Shown: piece by piece, positions 59,801 through 64,000 of the stretch
Numbering within the stretch: the stretch's first letter is position 1
How the letters are laid out: each line of letters starts with the position of its first letter
NCBI GenBank assembly: GCA_964187785.1
Contig: OZ076409.1
Location: forward strand, 99,822,001-99,886,000
DNA: 64,000 nucleotides
Source of the DNA: Amphiscolops sp. MND2022
Taxonomy: Eukaryota
Reading direction: 5' to 3'
Notes under the pieces: model-generated
The model's database searches: none
What the model was told of the DNA's origin: nothing
Seen by the model: the letters and a program-made list of their open reading frames with translations, nothing else
Made by a program: the position numbers and the translations under genes

Positions 59801-61093
59801 ACGGCGGGACTTCCTATGCCCCAGCAAATCGAAATCGCCGATTTGACTCTGGCCGAAGTGGAGGATTTCGTGGCCGTCATGGCTTCAGTCCTGGCCCCAA
59901 TCTTCGGTGCGATCGGTGTGTGCCGGTATCCCACCAAACCATTGTCGAGAGCAGTGCAGGTGCACATGGTCTCCTTCTGCACCTATCTCCAAAGACGCCC
60001 CCCACTGACCTATCCGCGCATCGTACAGGCTGTATTGAGTGGCGAGATGCCGCATGGGTATACCACCTTGAAGTCGGAGAAACAACTGGAGGAGAACTTG
60101 ATGGGTTTGTTGCGCGCCCGCACACGAAAGGCGTGCCCTTTGCCACGAGAGTACGGCCCAGTCAATTGGTACTCCGCGCCTCTCAGCCTGAATGGAGTCC
60201 CCTTTAGATTCCCTTGGACGCAGGAGTTTATACGTAAAGTGATTCGTGCCAGCACTAGCGCTGGTCCACCTATAGATCCCCTGTACGCCTTCAAGTGCAT
60301 CATCTTCCCAAATCACTACTGGAAGGAGCCACTGGGATGGCCCAGAGCAAAACCCGTTAGTCGCGCCCCTGAAGCCTTCAATCGGCAGGTCCAGTATATG
60401 GAATTGGCTCAGATTCCGAGTTGGATTGAAGGAGCAGCTCAGACTCGACAAAGGAACCTGCAACGGCGCGTGACTCCGTTCCCTAGAAGAGCTGTCTGGA
60501 GACCGCAGGCCAAGATGACGATGTCAGGAGATATGTCCATCGTCCAGCACGATGAGATCAATTCCGTGCTAGGCCCCGAAGCCCGCGCAGAGTGGGAAGG
60601 ACATTGCTTGGAGCTGGAGATTGCCAGCTTCCCAAAATGGAAGCGAGCTTGCGAGCTCTGGAGTCAGCCTGGCTGGGTCTCCAAACGAATATCCTTGGCC
60701 GTGGAGAGTAGAGCTGAACTCGAGAGACAACAGGCGTTCGCGCCTGCCATGCTGGCACCCATAAGGGCCATGTCATCAAACCAACCCATTGACCGGCCCG
60801 TGACTCTGGATTTGCCTACCCATGTTCTACAGCCAGAGCCTGTGAGTCCACCATCGACACAAACCAGTCCTCAGTCATCGCAACCACAGTCCGGTGAGCA
60901 TGCGGCTGAGCTAACCCCCGACGCCGTACTGGTACAATCGACCGCTGAATTATCACTCCCTGAAGACGTTTCTGATTCAGAGACAGTGATTACCGTGATA
61001 TCTCCACAGCGAAGAGCGTCAATAGCGTCGGAGGAAACAGGGGTTTCGGAGGATGCCTCTAAGAATCGAGCTCGACGCAGCTCTGCCCAGTAG
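56822..61093 (+). CDS. ORF3 of element B (1423 aa), unknown function, central SGNH/GDSL-like domain
   Basis: Long uninterrupted ORF between pol and the 3' LTR; no signal peptide or C-terminal anchor apparent; SGNH-like block pattern at 58361-58906. Confidence 0.85.
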   Translation: MAHCPNSSAPATGPSSARPQKSARAQRVNQAQYVEERLRDGLSPVAVAGVAALLTQLETMLTLPNASLSITTEVAGYRRTLTCTNNAWDGYDLTHQFLDERSIAVHGPSQGTRFKQEASLRMMPVNVPSLPSILAPNPVQMTPYAGSLAFGAPYGFQATTMQNPANQSASSREPSGSQLPSVPNLNLTGRSTSEQAVIVALQAVANYPNSSDFVRAVEQRIPGLAHYLQAAAQSSGCVTPPTTLAETVSMEAETTAGPSTSAITCPREETGRKRLTEESIVATRNNSVTESPTSRPPPDKRADVPQQSQMKSVVVVRPPYRVGHLGVGAPQMSMEEAINRYGSVDANPETSPVPLGTGSANMSLEVPETVEETSPPAFLPPSDDVSGSVVTSDSKRIWMAAECLHPNTCAIRRRAPPSDADQREVSRITIAAQTTRSLRARDADLSEQAWEQRAREQLPATPNNYMARLQHDLTEQFPARYILREGETWEANARYARNIRSMKPLLKAALQRARYCVAVDSTCKSDLPIDNLLPDVLVLTMPLSRFAEVAEMVAVMYDPNLRGSLREPPPRRVVFTNLIDHMACEGLLHNLDALMADTRRPGNVATLVNVVADAMERAAGILRGRLGALALFTSPPGFMYWQRSLQQFVYILSEVCKARRIEFAICAPNLRVDRGDLRPDALSYPAFFAAVSRVLITVERSGNAQLTIDDAILFDHGMCMGRMAFDLDGNRVTRESNMSEREAVRRYNWLVRKDKEIPVRTELAELVKEIETWPAARTVERTIPQIRFAAGIEPVKLPVGLRHIVAVEATNLKTEVDAAGLTYAEWYQSRFVDRTLAEVAQELNCPLEAFCTGLGWNIDVIASEFLLTNVQTDKLLETIGETTVGEMLALALTMGPTKFVAGPLAMLVELVVSNDLVTFYSYLILAQGQLRSRTRWGHLLNSKDQQDYVTQLERMRASLQHWLYSTLVFASGLFVGVDQSQPLHNSERQLPAETAGLPMPQQIEIADLTLAEVEDFVAVMASVLAPIFGAIGVCRYPTKPLSRAVQVHMVSFCTYLQRRPPLTYPRIVQAVLSGEMPHGYTTLKSEKQLEENLMGLLRARTRKACPLPREYGPVNWYSAPLSLNGVPFRFPWTQEFIRKVIRASTSAGPPIDPLYAFKCIIFPNHYWKEPLGWPRAKPVSRAPEAFNRQVQYMELAQIPSWIEGAAQTRQRNLQRRVTPFPRRAVWRPQAKMTMSGDMSIVQHDEINSVLGPEARAEWEGHCLELEIASFPKWKRACELWSQPGWVSKRISLAVESRAELERQQAFAPAMLAPIRAMSSNQPIDRPVTLDLPTHVLQPEPVSPPSTQTSPQSSQPQSGEHAAELTPDAVLVQSTAELSLPEDVSDSETVITVISPQRRASIASEETGVSEDASKNRARRSSAQ

Positions 61094-61852
61094 ACCTTGC
61101 CGCCAATTGGAGCGTTCGCGCTCCTATTGAACTCCAAACTCTGCCAATTCATTGCCTCAAACTTATAGCCTTAACTGGTGCTACCTCATACAAGGTGCAA
61201 TTTTTGTTAGTAGTTATTTAGTTAGTATGTTGTTAGTATTGCGCTGGGTGTACGGCCAATAGAGTGCGCCTGCCCCAGCTGCTTGGCCTACAAAGTTGAA
61301 AAAAGAAACTTTTACCAAAGAAAAACTGCTATTTTTGTTGCGCACCGTTCGCGGTGTTTTTGAGTTGCCATAGTCAAGAAAAAGTTCTAGCCTTTTAGTT
61401 ACGGTTTTAGCTGCTTTTTCTTGTTTTTTGTTGTTCAAGCATCTTCTATCGACTGTCTGATGAGTAGGCAAATCTGCGTTCTCCCAAAAGAAGATTTACA
61501 TTGCCCGAAATTGACTGAAAAATGTAAATTGCAAACTGCATAAAAAAGAGATTTCAGCTGACCCAGGTCGCAAAAGAGTTTTTAGCGAAAACTGTTTGCT
61601 TAAACGAGTTTTAACCGACTGAAAACCTGAGCCCTCGAGCTGGTGCTAAAACCTCGTTTGCATTTTTGTACAAATACCTAAGCAGTAAAATTTTCCTTGG
61701 AAAAAACCGCGAAATTTGACAAAAATAGTTGCTGAAAAACAAGGACTCGTCCTTGTCCCCTGAGGTGTGGATGATGGTTCCCAGCAGTCACTGCGATGCC
61801 GTTTCCAGACGAGGCCAGATGCCGCTTGCCAGGGACGACAAGCCAGAAGCCC

Positions 61853-61861
61853 GGGGAGTGA
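61853..61861 (+). promoter_or_regulatory. Polypurine tract of element B
   Basis: GGGGAGTGA abutting the 3' LTR. Confidence 0.7.
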
Positions 61862-62572
61862 TGTAACGGCAACTGCCCATGTCAAAATTTTCGAAGCAAA
61901 AATTCGTTCAAATCTGACGTGGCACTCAAACATGCTCCAGACGAAAGACCTGTCAGAAAAGCATATCAGAAAAGCAGAAATCGCCCCCCGCGAAAGGAGA
62001 CGACAAAAAAGACGTAGAAATCAGTCTCTAGAACACGGTGATGTGCCCATCTTCGGAATTAACACTACATAGGTAGCAGAAACCGGTGTTCCGGATGCTC
62101 GCCTGAAGATCCTGCGGTGTCCTGTGCGGTGACGAGCGCTAGCGCTGGGAAGCCATGGTCGATTCCTGTCAAATAACTCAAACTTCTGATATTATTATGC
62201 TTGTTGTGCTTTCTTTATTGTAGTAGATTGATATGCTCGAGAGCTGCCCATTTAACATCTATAGTTACCCATTTTGATGTCGATTTTATCAGATTCTCCA
62301 ATACTATGGCTCAACATTCTCCTGTTTTCAGCCCCCTTTTTGAAGGCTAATTGAGCAGTGGTCTTGAGACATGCAAGATGCCCGTTACTTTTAGCAGTTA
62401 CAGACTAGGACCAGGCCAGAGAGTTTCCAACAAGACGGTTCCCCCACCTTGGGACTGGCTCCTTCGGAGGGAAAATGAGCTAGGGCCGCGGAGATCTAAG
62501 TCCCAGATTATATTCGCTGTTCTAGTTCCTCCACTCTACGTTGCGGTTCAAGCGCCAGCGCTTATCGTTACA
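61862..62572 (+). repeat. 3' LTR of element B
   Basis: Copy of 43691-44401 at offset 18171. Confidence 0.95.
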
Positions 62573-62963
62573 ATATTTTTTTATTTCTCTAGAAGGTTTG
62601 GCTGAAAAACCCATGAAACTGAACTTTCATATCGTCTAATATATCGGCAATATATAGTCAAGTGCCTTGCTTAAACGCTATGTATGAGAAACAACATTTT
62701 CAAGCTATATAAAACGCCCTAAAACAAAGAAGACAGGAAAATGACTTTTTTTATAATTACCAATTTATGACTTTTCTGTACTTATTTTTAGCCATGTTTT
62801 GTTTGGGCAAACAATCTTTGTCACCGAAACTTTTCGAGAACGCAATTTCCAAACAAAATTTAGCCCAAGGTTTTGCCAAAGCTTGTATGCAGAAAGCCAA
62901 TTCACTGTCTTATACCGGTTGAAAAAATAAATCGTACAAAAATCGATTCCCCTACCTTTTTAG

Positions 62964-63145
62964 GTAATACCATCCCGTTGCGAGACGAGCCCGTGACTGC
63001 AATAACACAGATGGAAGCAGCGGCCATCGAATCTGAATTGAACGAGCTCGCGAGTCTATACCAACAAGGTTCACCCCCCTCTGAATTGATGGCGCCCAGT
63101 GTAGAAGCCGACTCGCAAATTACCAATGCCCCCGCTAACCCATGA
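62964..63145 (+). CDS. Possible terminal coding exon of a host gene
   Basis: Pyrimidine tract plus AG (CCCCTACCTTTTTAG), then a more GC-rich open frame GNTIPLRDEP...APANP*; no recognisable domain. Confidence 0.3.
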
Positions 63146-64000
63146 GCCACATGGTGAATGATGGGTGGAGTAAAGGACAGACCCTCATTGTTCAATACAA
63201 AGACAACCAAGCTATCAAGAAACAAACCCCCAAACAGACCGATGCTTACGAAAGTGCAAATTATGTTAAATAGCAATGATAGTTCTCGTTGCAGCTCTAG
63301 TGTAATTTTTGTTAGCTATTAATTTTTCAATACCTTTGTTACTACCTGGTAGGTAAACAAACAAGCAACTTTGCAACGCAAAAAAGCCAGCAAAAGAGAA
63401 AATCGGAAGTGGGCCCTTCTGATCCAAGCGCATTCAAAATTATGTGGAAAAAACAAATCCAGCAGCTAACTGCTTAGTGAAAAAACAAGCTCATCTGCGT
63501 TAATGTTTCTCATCATGAGATTGACAACCGAAATTGCCTGTTTACTGTGCTGAGACTAATTAACTATTGAGTCTGATTTCAGACCTGTAGAAGGCTTCAC
63601 TCTAGTTATAGTTGACAGTTATGATTTAATCTTTGAAATGATTTGATAATTGGAAAGAAGGTTGTTTTGAAGAAAACAAAAAAGCTTCAAGAAACAAAAA
63701 GACGCATTGCAAACGTATCTCTTGTATGTTTCAACTTCAGAGCTACTTTTCTTCATTCTAGAAAAAATTTCATCCAAAACTTTCAGATGTCAAAGGAATT
63801 TTTATGAAAAAATTTTAACGTAGGTCTTTAAACGCCAGAAAAAGTAGTTTGTCCAACTGATTACTGTAACTGTTCAAAATTGTTAACTGAACTCTCTCAC
63901 CATTCAATTCTGTTCAGCCTTCCACAATTCTACGTTACTGTCAAGCTTTTCTGTGGCGATAACTTGCAACAAATAACCAAAGGAGGATGGAATTTTTGCA

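Larger units (their letters stand above)
43691..62572 (+). mobile_element. Ty3/gypsy LTR retrotransposon B, 18.9 kb, three coding regions
   Basis: Two 711-bp LTRs, PBS, PPT, gag, PR-RT-RH-IN, ORF3; imperfect TSD ATATA/ATATT. Confidence 0.95.

Noticed and set aside
56822..61093. ORF3 as a classical env
   Set aside because: No N-terminal signal peptide, clear furin site plus fusion peptide, or C-terminal transmembrane anchor seen.
57517..61152. Many overlapping short ORFs within elements A and B
   Set aside because: Shadow frames of long GC-richer coding sequences.
62902..63276. Minus-strand 124-aa ORF as a membrane protein exon
   Set aside because: Reads like the antisense shadow of the plus-strand frame, which has the better splice acceptor.

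Overview
AT-rich eukaryotic (probably invertebrate animal) DNA made almost entirely of nested transposable elements, with no RNA genes or CRISPR arrays seen. There are two large Ty3/gypsy LTR retrotransposons. Element A (15118-27050) has gag starting inside the LTR, a -1 frameshift into an intact pol, and then a multi-intron gene on the opposite strand that resembles a degenerate hAT transposase. Its 3' end is cut off by a 3.57-kb duplication (13094-16663 = 27051-30620) that ends in a solo LTR. Element B (43691-62572, 18.9 kb, apparently identical 711-bp LTRs) has a disrupted gag-pol whose integrase tail carries an AT-hook and two TARG1/OARD1-like macrodomains, followed by an intact 1423-aa non-env third ORF with an SGNH-like domain. 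LTRs of three different families carry 109-181 codons of gag-like sequence that cross the LTR end in the same frame. The rest is solo LTRs, MITE/foldback elements, Helentron-like repeats, a decayed pol and one possible host exon. All domain calls are by-eye motif matches, not database searches.
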